Position numbers and translations under genes: made by a program. From Chlamydiota bacterium (GTDB lineage: Bacteria; Chlamydiota; Chlamydiia; Chlamydiales; SM23-39): a DNA stretch of 21,148 nucleotides. Below, one piece after another: positions 1 to 8,526 of the stretch. The stretch lies in contig JBEHXF010000035.1 in the NCBI GenBank assembly GCA_048498835.1, positions 1-21,148 on the forward strand. Direction: 5' to 3'. The notes beneath the pieces were generated by a model, which did not search any database, was not told where the DNA came from, and saw nothing but the letters and a program-made list of their open reading frames with translations. Each line of letters starts with the position of its first letter. Position 1 is the first letter of the stretch.

Positions 1-2
1 GG

Positions 3-590
3 GAAAGCGGCTGAGCGGGATCGAGTACGCCATGTATCATTAAATGGGAGAACAATCGTATCGGCCACGGCGCCAGGAGTCACCCCTTTCGAAGTGGCGC
101 TCGCATTGAGAAAATGAACCCCCGATCCAGCTTGCACCAAAAGCGAATCACAATGACCGTGATAATGGCCCGCGAACTTCACAATTTTTGGCCGATTGGT
201 CGCGCCGCGCGCAATCCGCATCGCGGTCATCGTCGCCTCAGTGCCCGAATTGACAAATCGGATCTTTTCAATCGACGGAATGAGCTCAACCATTTTTGTG
301 GCGAGCAACTCTTCGACATCTGTCGCAATACCAAAAGAAGAACCCTTTGCAATTTGCTCCTGCGCAGCTCGAACAATGACCGGATGAGCATGCCCCAGAA
401 TCAACGGCCCCCAACTGCCGCAAAAATCGACGTATTCATTTCCATCGATATCGCGAATGGTATCGCCATACCCCGATTCAACAATCATCGGCGCAATCCC
501 GACCGAACGAAAGGAGCGAACCGGAGAATTTACGCCGCCAGGAATGGCTTGACACGCTCTTGCATAAATCAATTCTGATTGTCTTCGCAT
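3..590 (-). CDS. hemL: Glutamate-1-semialdehyde 2,1-aminomutase, 5' part (runs off the left edge)
   Basis: Manual translation from ATG at 590: MRRQSELIYARACQAIPGGVNSPVRSF...DIDGNEYVDFCGSWGPLILGHAHP...IRFVNSGTEATMTAMRIARG...KFAGHYHGHCD...TIVLPFND. These are signature GSA-aminotransferase motifs. Absent from the ORF track because there is no stop in the window. Confidence 0.96.
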   Translation of the reverse strand, partial: MRRQSELIYARACQAIPGGVNSPVRSFRSVGIAPMIVESGYGDTIRDIDGNEYVDFCGSWGPLILGHAHPVIVRAAQEQIAKGSSFGIATDVEELLATKMVELIPSIEKIRFVNSGTEATMTAMRIARGATNRPKIVKFAGHYHGHCDSLLVQAGSGVHFLNASATSKGVTPGAVADTIVLPFNDTWRTRSRSAAF

Positions 591-597
591 GTCAAAA

Positions 598-626
598 ACT
601 ATAATCCGCCAAGATCGTTTCGACAA
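598..626 (-). promoter_or_regulatory. Sigma70/sigma66-type promoter for hemL
   Basis: Minus strand TTGTCG (626-621), 17 nt spacer, TATAGT (603-598), 7 nt before the ATG at 590. Confidence 0.55.
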
Positions 627-658
627 GAAATTTCTGTTCGGGCACTATACAATTTTTT

Positions 659-2419
659 ATGAACAAGACATTTGCTCTTACGCTCTTCCCCTTTCTTTTA
701 TCTGCACTCACCTATGATGTCCGTTTTTCTGGCCTGCAAGATGAGGGATGTCTCAAAGCGATGGAGAGCGTTTCCGATCTAGTCAGCATGGAAGATCGCC
801 CACCCGCCTCTCTCAACGGCCTCCGCTATCGAATTGAATCGGATATTCCCAATTTACTCAAAGTCTTGCGCGCTTACGCTTACTATGATTCCTCGATTAC
901 CTACGACATCGATACAGAAAAATCAAATGCTCTGGTCACCATTTTCATTCACCCTGGCGAACAGTATAAACTTGCCTCCTATCGCGTATTTAAAGGCGAT
1001 TGCACCGTTCCCGGCGATGTGGTAGGCTGCGCCCCCTTTTCTCCCGAACAACTCGGCCTAAAACAAGAGCAACCGGCCCTCTCCGTCGACATCGTCAATG
1101 CAGAATTGCAACTCCTCACAGAACTTTCTCGCTGCGGTTACCCGCTGGCCTACATCGACAAGCGAAAAGTCGAAGTGGATATGGAGAAAAAAGAGGTCGA
1201 CGCAGCCGTCTGCGTCCAAGAGGGACCCCATTCTAAATTCGGTCCAATCTCACTCTTCGGTCTTCGCGAAATTCATCCCCGTTACATCGAACGTCGCATT
1301 GCGTGGAAAGAGGGAGAAACCTACGACTCCGATCTCATTGAAGAGACACAAAAGCGGATTTTAAAAACCGATCTCTTTAGCTCGGTTCTCATCTCACATG
1401 GCGATACAGTTGATGCTCTCGGCGAACTCCCTTTAAAAGTACGCCTCACTGAAGCGAAACACCGACAGCTCAGTCTCGGCGTTTATTACGCCACAGTCGA
1501 CGGCCCAGGCGCCTCATTCGGCTGGACACACCGCAATTTACGCGGCATGGGTGAGGTGTTTCAAATTGAGGGAGATTTTTCGATGCGCTATCTCGGCGGC
1601 CTGATCGCCTACAAAAAGCCCGACTTTCTCATCCCCGACCAAACCTGGAAAGCGCTCGCCAAAGCCAGTCGCGAAGACATCCGTCCTTACACCGCTTTCA
1701 GCTACCGATTCGCCAACTACATCGAACGAAAAATCGACCCCTACCGCACCGGTTCGATCGGATTGAAATTCGAACACATCAACGTCTCTCACAGCGCGAG
1801 CAACGGAACCTACATGCTCCTCGGCCTTCCCGTTTTTCTCCGCTACGACAATTCCGACAGTCCCCTCGATCCGACAAAAGGATATACCCTCGTCTATCAA
1901 GGAACACCCTATCAAACCTTTGAACGGGGAAGTCAAAGGTTCATTAAACAGCGCGTCACAGGAACGATTTACTTTCCTCTTATGCAAGAAAAAAGGCTCG
2001 TGTTAGCTCTCCGTCTCCAAGTCGGATCGATCGCCGGTGCAAAACAGAGAAACGTTCCCCTCACTAAACTCTTTTTAGGGGGTAGCGAAGACGATCTCCG
2101 CGGTTATCGCTATAAAACGGTGAGCCCACTTAACGACGATAAGAAACCTCTCGGTGGACGCGGCGCTATTTTCGCCAGCGTCGAAACCCGATTCCGCGCC
2201 ACGAAAACAATTGGCATCGTACCCTTTGCCGACTTTGGCACCGTCTCTCTTTCCGAACTTCCCGAGGTCGACACAAAATGGTATAAATCGGTCGGCGTGG
2301 GACTTCGCTATTTCGCATTTTTCGGCCCTCTTCGTTTCGACGCTGGATTTCCGCTCGATAGAAGAAAGGGAATCGATCCAAAGGTTAGATTTTACGCAAG
2401 CGTGGGGCAAACATTTTGA
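659..2419 (+). CDS. tamA: Omp85-family outer membrane protein, TamA-like (POTRA domains plus beta-barrel)
   Basis: N-terminal signal peptide; POTRA-like region; loop-6 motif FLGGSEDDLRGY; GVGLRY..FGPLRFD; C-terminal YASVGQTF. The 586-aa size and position directly upstream of tamB fit TamA. Confidence 0.85.
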   Translation: MNKTFALTLFPFLLSALTYDVRFSGLQDEGCLKAMESVSDLVSMEDRPPASLNGLRYRIESDIPNLLKVLRAYAYYDSSITYDIDTEKSNALVTIFIHPGEQYKLASYRVFKGDCTVPGDVVGCAPFSPEQLGLKQEQPALSVDIVNAELQLLTELSRCGYPLAYIDKRKVEVDMEKKEVDAAVCVQEGPHSKFGPISLFGLREIHPRYIERRIAWKEGETYDSDLIEETQKRILKTDLFSSVLISHGDTVDALGELPLKVRLTEAKHRQLSLGVYYATVDGPGASFGWTHRNLRGMGEVFQIEGDFSMRYLGGLIAYKKPDFLIPDQTWKALAKASREDIRPYTAFSYRFANYIERKIDPYRTGSIGLKFEHINVSHSASNGTYMLLGLPVFLRYDNSDSPLDPTKGYTLVYQGTPYQTFERGSQRFIKQRVTGTIYFPLMQEKRLVLALRLQVGSIAGAKQRNVPLTKLFLGGSEDDLRGYRYKTVSPLNDDKKPLGGRGAIFASVETRFRATKTIGIVPFADFGTVSLSELPEVDTKWYKSVGVGLRYFAFFGPLRFDAGFPLDRRKGIDPKVRFYASVGQTF

Positions 2420-5400
2420 ACCAATTCATCCGTCTCATAGGCTATACCCTGTTCGGCTTTTTTATCTTGCTAGCGCTCGCTGTCGGAGTGATGGAAAGCG
2501 CGCTTGGCGGTCACATCGCCAAGCACTTCCTCGAGCAAGCGCTACAAAACTCTGGCCTCCAAATCGAAGTGGGCTCGCTCAGCGGCCGCCTGCCACAAGA
2601 AGCCTTCTTAAAACAAGTGCAGATCAAATCGCTCGCCGGCCAAGAGATCACGATCGACGAAATGCACATCCAATGGTCCATTCTCCGACTCATCAAACAA
2701 GAACTCTATATCGACTCGCTCACCGCCGATGGCGTCCACGTGTCTCAAGCAACTCCTGGCGAAAACCTCACTTTCTCTAACAATAAACTCCCCTTTTCCC
2801 TTCAAGTCCGCTCCTTTATCCTGACCCACGTCACCATTCCGGAAGCGCTCTCCATCAAAGGAAGATTGAAAATTAAAAAGGGCAATCGCGATCTATTCCT
2901 AAAAGCTTTCGTGACTCGCCCTGAATTTCCCGATGCAAAAGCAGAACTTCTCGTCTTTCAACGACCCGGCGGTGAACAAGAAGTGCACCTCAAAGCCCGC
3001 TCTCCATCGATTGCCGCCGTTCGTCCGTGGGTTAAACTCGAAGCGGAAGGCCCTTTTCAGCTGAGCTTCTATGCGAAGGGCAAGCCCGATTCGTTCACCG
3101 GCAAATTCGATGGCGCCTTTCAAGCCGAATCACTCCCCTTCCCCTCTCCTCTCGATAAAATTGCCGAGCGCGACTGGGTGTTTCGGGGCAAAGTATTGAA
3201 AAAACGAAATGGACCACTCCAACTAAAAAATCTCCTCGCGTCGAGCTCCCATCTTCGCCTCAAAGGCTCCGTCGATCTAGACGACCAGTTCAAATTAGCC
3301 ACAGGGCGAATTCATCTTCAAACTGATCTCGACACTTTACCCAACTCACCCCTGAAAGGACGCTTATCTGCATCGGCTCAAATCCAGCAAGAGCAAGGCG
3401 CTCTTCTCATCGACGGAAATTGGCGAGTCCCGACTCTTGAATACGGTCGATTTAAAGTCGATCAAGCAAACGGCGCGTTTGACGGGAAAGTAGACCATAA
3501 AGCTCTCTTTGGCACCGTTTCCGCAACGGGCCGCTTTCTCTCTGAATCATGGACTATCGATACACCCATTACCTACCGCGCAAACGGTCCTCTTCAACTC
3601 GAAAAAATCTCCATCGAATCCCCTCTTCTCCATTTGACCGGAGACCTCGTCTATCGCCCCGATGGCTTTTTTGTCGGGAAAGTCGATAGCGAAAAACTCA
3701 ACCTTCAATTGATTCAAAGACTCTACCCTTCCATTCCTCTTTACGGACAGACAACCGCCCATGGAACGCTTGAAGTCGTCGGAGAAGAGACTCCCATTCA
3801 AGCTCTCCACGCTCAAATCGACGCAAAAGAAATCTATCTCGATTCTGCTTATGCCAAAGAAGCCTCTCTTTCGCTCGATTGGAGAGAGGACATAAAAGGG
3901 AGTATTTATCTCGAACTCACCGATGCAAAATATGAACAACTCATTCTCGATACCGCTATTTTCGACACTAAAAGCGCCGAAAATAATTGGCCCTTCCACC
4001 TCTCCGTCGATGGAACTCTCATCGATCCACTGAAAGGTGTGCTCGACGGAACTTGGCAATACCAGAAAGGTCAATTTACCCTCTCGCTTCAGAGCGGATC
4101 GGGAGAACTTCTCAAGTACCCTATCGCCCTCATGAATCCCGCCACCATCCAATGGCAAAAAGATCTCTTTATCTGTAAAAATCTACGAACCTCGGTCGGC
4201 CTCTCCGAGCTTTTCTTCGATTTTGAAGGACAGCCCTATCATACTGACGCCAAATTAATCCTCGATCGCGTTCCACTTGATTTCCTATCGATCAATCCTC
4301 TCGACGTCGATGTGACGGGAACAGTGAGTCTCGATGCAAGTCTTCAAGAACGTGGCAGTCAAGTCAACGGAGAGCTCCACGCCTTGATCGACAGTCTTGA
4401 AGTAAAAGTTCTGGGCGAGCCAGAGCCGCTTTATGCACATGGCGCATTTCAAGGCCATTTCAGTCGCGAACGGCTGGAATTAAAAGGAGGGCTTGAAGTC
4501 CGTGAAGCACCTCTTCTCACACTCGATATCGATTTCCCAATCCATTTACAAGTTTGGCCTTTTGAAGCATCCCTCATTCTCAATAAGCGAGCCAGCGGCC
4601 ATCTTGCAATGCAAGGGCGAATTGAGGATTTCCTCGATTTCTTTAATTTGGGAACTCACCATCTGGAAGGAGAATGTACGTGCGATCTAACGCTCCGCAA
4701 TACGCTCGGCAGCCCTCGTTTGGAAGGCTACATCGAATTTGAAAATGGCTATTATCAAAACTATATCTCAGGGACCGAACTCATCAACCTTCGCGCTGAC
4801 GTTCTGGCTGAACAAGACAAACTCTACCTGCGCTCGCTGACAGGACAGGACGCAAAGAGAAAGGGAAAGCTTCATGCCACCGGCGAGCTCTCTCTGGCAG
4901 CGGACGATCGATTTCCCTTCGATTTTGACGTCGATTTCCAAAGACTTAACGTCGTTCAACTCGACTTTGTCTCAGCAGAAGCGGAAGGAAAGGTCCGACT
5001 GGTCGGCAATCTCGACTCCGCTCTTGCAACCGGCAGTGTCAAGATCATCGAAACCGATATGACCATTCCCGATCGGCTTCCTCGCCAGCTCCCCAATCTT
5101 CAAGTAGTCTATAAAAATGCTCCCAAACCGGTTCATTACACTCCGCCCCATCTCATCTCTCCCTATCCGCTCAATCTCGATCTCAAAGTTCATGCTCCAG
5201 ATGGGATCTTCATCGGAGGGCGCGGTCTTCAATCGGAATGGAAAGGAGACTTTCACTTGGGCGGCACCTACACTTCGATCGCACCTAAAGGTAAACTAGA
5301 ACTCGTCACAGGTGAATTTGTCTTTGCCGGCCGCACCTTTAAACTCACCGACGGAGCCGTTTCTTTCACCGGAAAAGAATTGCAGATGCCCCACCTCGAT

Positions 5401-5889
5401 ATTTCAGCAAACCTGGCCGAAAAAGGGGTATCGATCACCGCCCGCCTGCGAGGTCCGATCAACCAACCACAAGTCACTTTCCAGTCGATCCCTCCCCTTC
5501 CTCTAAGCGGCATCCTCTCCTATCTACTCTTTGGACAAGATCTCTCCGATATCGACGGCTTCCAAGCGCTTCAAATCGCCTCCACCGTCGCTGCGCTCTC
5601 CGGTGAAGGGCCAGACATCCTTGAAAGCACCCGCAAATCACTCGGCGTCGACCGACTCCGCATCATCACCACGCCAAGCGGAGACGATGAAGGCAATGAC
5701 ACCATCGCCCTCCAGGTCGGCAAATATGTTGCCAAAGGGGTCATCGTCTCGCTAAGCCAAGGCACCGAAGACAGCTCAACCAACATCAGCATCGAAGTGG
5801 ACATCGGCGCCGGCTTCTACTTCCAAGCGGAAAGCGAACAGCAACAAGAGCAAGGTAAATTCACCCTGAAATGGAATCGGAACTACTAA
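2416..5889 (+). CDS. tamB: Translocation and assembly module protein TamB (DUF490 C-terminus)
   Basis: N-terminal membrane anchor, long beta-rich body, C-terminal GRGLQSEW.G..LGG, ILSYLLFG, LGVDRLRI and VGKYV motifs; TTG start overlaps the tamA stop. Confidence 0.88.
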   Translation: MNQFIRLIGYTLFGFFILLALAVGVMESALGGHIAKHFLEQALQNSGLQIEVGSLSGRLPQEAFLKQVQIKSLAGQEITIDEMHIQWSILRLIKQELYIDSLTADGVHVSQATPGENLTFSNNKLPFSLQVRSFILTHVTIPEALSIKGRLKIKKGNRDLFLKAFVTRPEFPDAKAELLVFQRPGGEQEVHLKARSPSIAAVRPWVKLEAEGPFQLSFYAKGKPDSFTGKFDGAFQAESLPFPSPLDKIAERDWVFRGKVLKKRNGPLQLKNLLASSSHLRLKGSVDLDDQFKLATGRIHLQTDLDTLPNSPLKGRLSASAQIQQEQGALLIDGNWRVPTLEYGRFKVDQANGAFDGKVDHKALFGTVSATGRFLSESWTIDTPITYRANGPLQLEKISIESPLLHLTGDLVYRPDGFFVGKVDSEKLNLQLIQRLYPSIPLYGQTTAHGTLEVVGEETPIQALHAQIDAKEIYLDSAYAKEASLSLDWREDIKGSIYLELTDAKYEQLILDTAIFDTKSAENNWPFHLSVDGTLIDPLKGVLDGTWQYQKGQFTLSLQSGSGELLKYPIALMNPATIQWQKDLFICKNLRTSVGLSELFFDFEGQPYHTDAKLILDRVPLDFLSINPLDVDVTGTVSLDASLQERGSQVNGELHALIDSLEVKVLGEPEPLYAHGAFQGHFSRERLELKGGLEVREAPLLTLDIDFPIHLQVWPFEASLILNKRASGHLAMQGRIEDFLDFFNLGTHHLEGECTCDLTLRNTLGSPRLEGYIEFENGYYQNYISGTELINLRADVLAEQDKLYLRSLTGQDAKRKGKLHATGELSLAADDRFPFDFDVDFQRLNVVQLDFVSAEAEGKVRLVGNLDSALATGSVKIIETDMTIPDRLPRQLPNLQVVYKNAPKPVHYTPPHLISPYPLNLDLKVHAPDGIFIGGRGLQSEWKGDFHLGGTYTSIAPKGKLELVTGEFVFAGRTFKLTDGAVSFTGKELQMPHLDISANLAEKGVSITARLRGPINQPQVTFQSIPPLPLSGILSYLLFGQDLSDIDGFQALQIASTVAALSGEGPDILESTRKSLGVDRLRIITTPSGDDEGNDTIALQVGKYVAKGVIVSLSQGTEDSSTNISIEVDIGAGFYFQAESEQQQEQGKFTLKWNRNY

Positions 5890-5908
5890 GAATCAATCTT
5901 TGACGTTC

Positions 5909-6343
5909 TTAATATTCCATATCTGCATGTCCTCCCCAAGGACATTCTGGCTCATGCACAGGACTAAATTTTTTGGGAAGAGGCTCAATCGGACAGGAGA
6001 CGGGCTTACAGTTAGAGTTTTTAAATAGCTCACGAATGTTTTCAATTAAACCATCCGAATTATTTCCATATTCTTTAAATCCCTTAATGGTGGAAAAGAA
6101 TCGACCCTCATGTTGTGCAATTTTATCCTCTAGATATCCTTTAACAGGATCCTTGGATCCATTTTTTTCCGCGTTCTTTTTTAAAGCCTTAACTGCATCA
6201 AAAATATTCTAGGCTGCTTGATCGGTCTTGAATGCCAAATGAACGACAGGTTGCAAATGGCTTCCCCAATTCACCGACTCAGTATAAATAGCGTTTAATC
6301 CATCTATTTGAAATTCCTTTGACTGATTTACTGCTGCTGCCAT
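5909..6343 (-). pseudogene. 144-codon orphan ORF interrupted by one in-frame TAG (6211-6209)
   Basis: Strong SD (GGAGGTG) before ATG 6343; 44 codons, TAG, then 99 more sense codons in the same frame (NIFDAVKALKK...WGGHADMEY) to TAA at 5911-5909. Confidence 0.65.
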
Positions 6344-6440
6344 ATTCACCTCCCCCCAAAAATTTGCCGACAAACTTAAATATTCTATAAAATTCTTAGC
6401 AATAAAAAATAACTTTACGCGAGACAATTCAAGAGCGGTA

Positions 6441-7625
6441 TCACGCTAAAATGGAATCGCAACTACTAAGGTTTAAGGCTTTTTCGACCAGCGCATTCGT
6501 TTCCGTGTAAAATTCAGCCAGCTTTTGCGGGAATTTTTCTTTGCCTGTAAGAAAAGAGGTTCTCATGAAATAGATTTGATCCACTATTGGCAAGGCTTGA
6601 AATTTCAAGCGAATCAATTCGATCTCAGCTTGAAAGGGATGGTAGTCGAGTAACAAAGAAAACACCTTTTTCCATCTTTGTTCCTCTGGAATGAGAAGAG
6701 CGCGCAGCCCCTGCGTAAGAATCACTCTTCTAGCATAAAGGGGATCGATCCTAATTCTTCGAGCAAATGCAGCCTGCGAAATTGCTGACAGAGTCTCTTC
6801 ATACACTCGATGGAGATCGCGATAGAGTTTTAAGCTAACAGTCAGATTCAACTTACCATATATTTCAAATTCCTCACTCAAGAAATTCTTCCTACTCGAT
6901 TGAGCTTTTGCATACTTATTTGCTTTCAAAGAAGTCGGCAATTGCGAGCCTTTGGGTTCTAAAAGTTTTTCATCTTGGCTTATTTCTTTTATAAAACAAT
7001 CAAATTCATTCCTGAATGATTCGTTTCCCTGCAACGACTCACTAGCAAGCCCTCCCACTTCCCGATAAATTTTCTTACATTGTTCTGAAACGGGTAATCC
7101 ATCAATCGATACTGGAAGCGGGTTTGTGACAAATTGGTGACTCTCTTCTAGGGAAAGAGCATTAAATTCTTTGTTTAGTTCGACTAGTTTTAACCAACTT
7201 AAAGGGTCTTTTTCTGGTTCTTTTAGCTGTTTAAAAGGAAAGTCTTGAGACGGATAACGCGGGCTAAACAGCATGCCTCTCCAAGTAAAAAGAAAGATCG
7301 GATAAAAAATTTCTGGATCTTGATCTTTCAACATCTCAAAGAAAGCGCGCCTCGTCTCTCTAGGCGCAAAATGTAAGTAGATTTCAATTGCGCTAGGGAT
7401 ATCTTTTGGCATCTTAAATTGAAATTTAGAAACCTCTCTTCTTAACCTCACCTCCCTTTGCTCTTCTAGGGAATTTATCTTTCCTTTGCGTGAGCGGCTA
7501 TAACAATCAAAAACGGGCCGAATCATGCGATCAACCCGAGAGGAGAGCTTCGATAAACTTGAGGCGATAGGCTTAGAATAATAGCAGCCAGCAGCAGCAG
7601 TGATACACAACGCAGCGGTGATCAT
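6441..7625 (-). CDS. Hypothetical helical protein with a hydrophobic N-terminus and an internal duplication; possible effector
   Basis: 394-aa ORF, SD-like CAGGTG upstream, AT-richer than flanking genes, no family recognised. Confidence 0.75.
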   Translation of the reverse strand: MITAALCITAAAGCYYSKPIASSLSKLSSRVDRMIRPVFDCYSRSRKGKINSLEEQREVRLRREVSKFQFKMPKDIPSAIEIYLHFAPRETRRAFFEMLKDQDPEIFYPIFLFTWRGMLFSPRYPSQDFPFKQLKEPEKDPLSWLKLVELNKEFNALSLEESHQFVTNPLPVSIDGLPVSEQCKKIYREVGGLASESLQGNESFRNEFDCFIKEISQDEKLLEPKGSQLPTSLKANKYAKAQSSRKNFLSEEFEIYGKLNLTVSLKLYRDLHRVYEETLSAISQAAFARRIRIDPLYARRVILTQGLRALLIPEEQRWKKVFSLLLDYHPFQAEIELIRLKFQALPIVDQIYFMRTSFLTGKEKFPQKLAEFYTETNALVEKALNLSSCDSILA

Positions 7626-7666
7626 GAATTCACCTGATTTTTTTACAGAAACTTAACACAACTCAT

Positions 7667-7695
7667 TTGCTAATTACTAACAAAATCTTTATACT
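7667..7695 (+). promoter_or_regulatory. Sigma70/sigma66-type promoter for the ankyrin gene
   Basis: TTGCTA (7667-7672), 17 nt spacer, TATACT (7690-7695). Confidence 0.6.
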
Positions 7696-7724
7696 GTCTC
7701 GACAACTGAACAAATTCGCTCTCA

Positions 7725-8381
7725 ATGAACGCTCTCATTCCTTACCAACATAGTTTAACTCCAAGCGAACTAGAAAAAGTGCGTGCTGCACGACAGGTGG
7801 CCTTAGGATTAGACGCCGAGCAAAAAGAGACTGTGGAGAGTGAATGTTTAAGTAAGACAATTCTCATCCCTTATGGATACACCGAAATCGAACTCGCCTT
7901 AAATTCGATTCCGTACCTCAGATGGGCACTCTCCCGCTATTCCCCCGCTTACTTCCACCGTCATGCTTTTAAAACTCACCTTGGCACTCCTCTCCATTTT
8001 GCCGTCGATAAAGGGAAGGTAAGAGCCGTTGCGGAGATTCTAAAGCATCCGCAAGGGCGTGCTTTAGTGAACTGTAGAGAAATAAGAAATGACCATCCGG
8101 ATCTTCAACAACGTCTGATGACCTATGAAACACAGATCCGAAAACTAAAGGGGAATCCCGAAAAGGCTGGCTTAACTCCACTCGAAATCGCCATTTGTAA
8201 AGCAGATCTCGCGATGATCCGCCTTCTGCTCTTGTCTGGAGCTGATCCCAAACTCACCAATCATTACTACGTAAATGCCCCGCAAATAGCTGAAAAAATC
8301 ATTCCAACCAACCACGAAAATCGAGCAGAAATTCTCTCCGAATTACAAAAATATTGTTCAATAAAGCCAGAGTTGACCTAA
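7725..8381 (+). CDS. Ankyrin repeat protein
   Basis: GTPLHFAVDKGKVRAVAEILKH and GLTPLEIAICKADLAMIRLLLLSGADPKLTN match the ankyrin consensus. Confidence 0.85.
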   Translation: MNALIPYQHSLTPSELEKVRAARQVALGLDAEQKETVESECLSKTILIPYGYTEIELALNSIPYLRWALSRYSPAYFHRHAFKTHLGTPLHFAVDKGKVRAVAEILKHPQGRALVNCREIRNDHPDLQQRLMTYETQIRKLKGNPEKAGLTPLEIAICKADLAMIRLLLLSGADPKLTNHYYVNAPQIAEKIIPTNHENRAEILSELQKYCSIKPELT

Positions 8382-8429
8382 ATCCACTTTTTTCCGTAGC
8401 ATATCCGGCCTTGGAAACAAACGATTTAG

Positions 8430-8446
8430 GAATGGCTGAGCCATTC
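8430..8446. promoter_or_regulatory. Perfect palindrome GAATGGCT-G-AGCCATTC, operator-like
   Basis: 8-bp inverted repeat with a 1-nt centre. It has no 3' U-tract on either strand, so it is not a classic terminator. Confidence 0.4.
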
Positions 8447-8462
8447 AAAAAAAGGTTAGGAC

Positions 8463-8477
8463 TGGTGCCCTTATCGC
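8463..8477 (+). promoter_or_regulatory. Possible sigma54 (-24/-12) promoter of the translocon operon
   Basis: TGGTGCCCTTATCGC keeps the GG-N10-GC spacing of TGGCACGNNNNTTGC and lies 50 nt upstream of the ATG at 8527 (SD GAGGAGG). Confidence 0.4.
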
Positions 8478-8526
8478 GCGGGTCTTATCATAGGAAGCGT
8501 CCCCACCGGGAAATGAGGAGGAAGAG

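Noticed and set aside
114..578. 154-aa plus-strand ORF (and 196-387)
   Set aside because: Antisense shadow of hemL, which has clear motifs on the minus strand
5909..6343. Genome-wide TAG reassignment
   Set aside because: Long genes such as tamB (1157 aa) contain no in-frame TAG, so the standard code fits
6344..6427. Upstream start for the 72-aa ORF
   Set aside because: The strong SD lies directly before ATG 6343, and the extension is promoter-like AT-rich DNA
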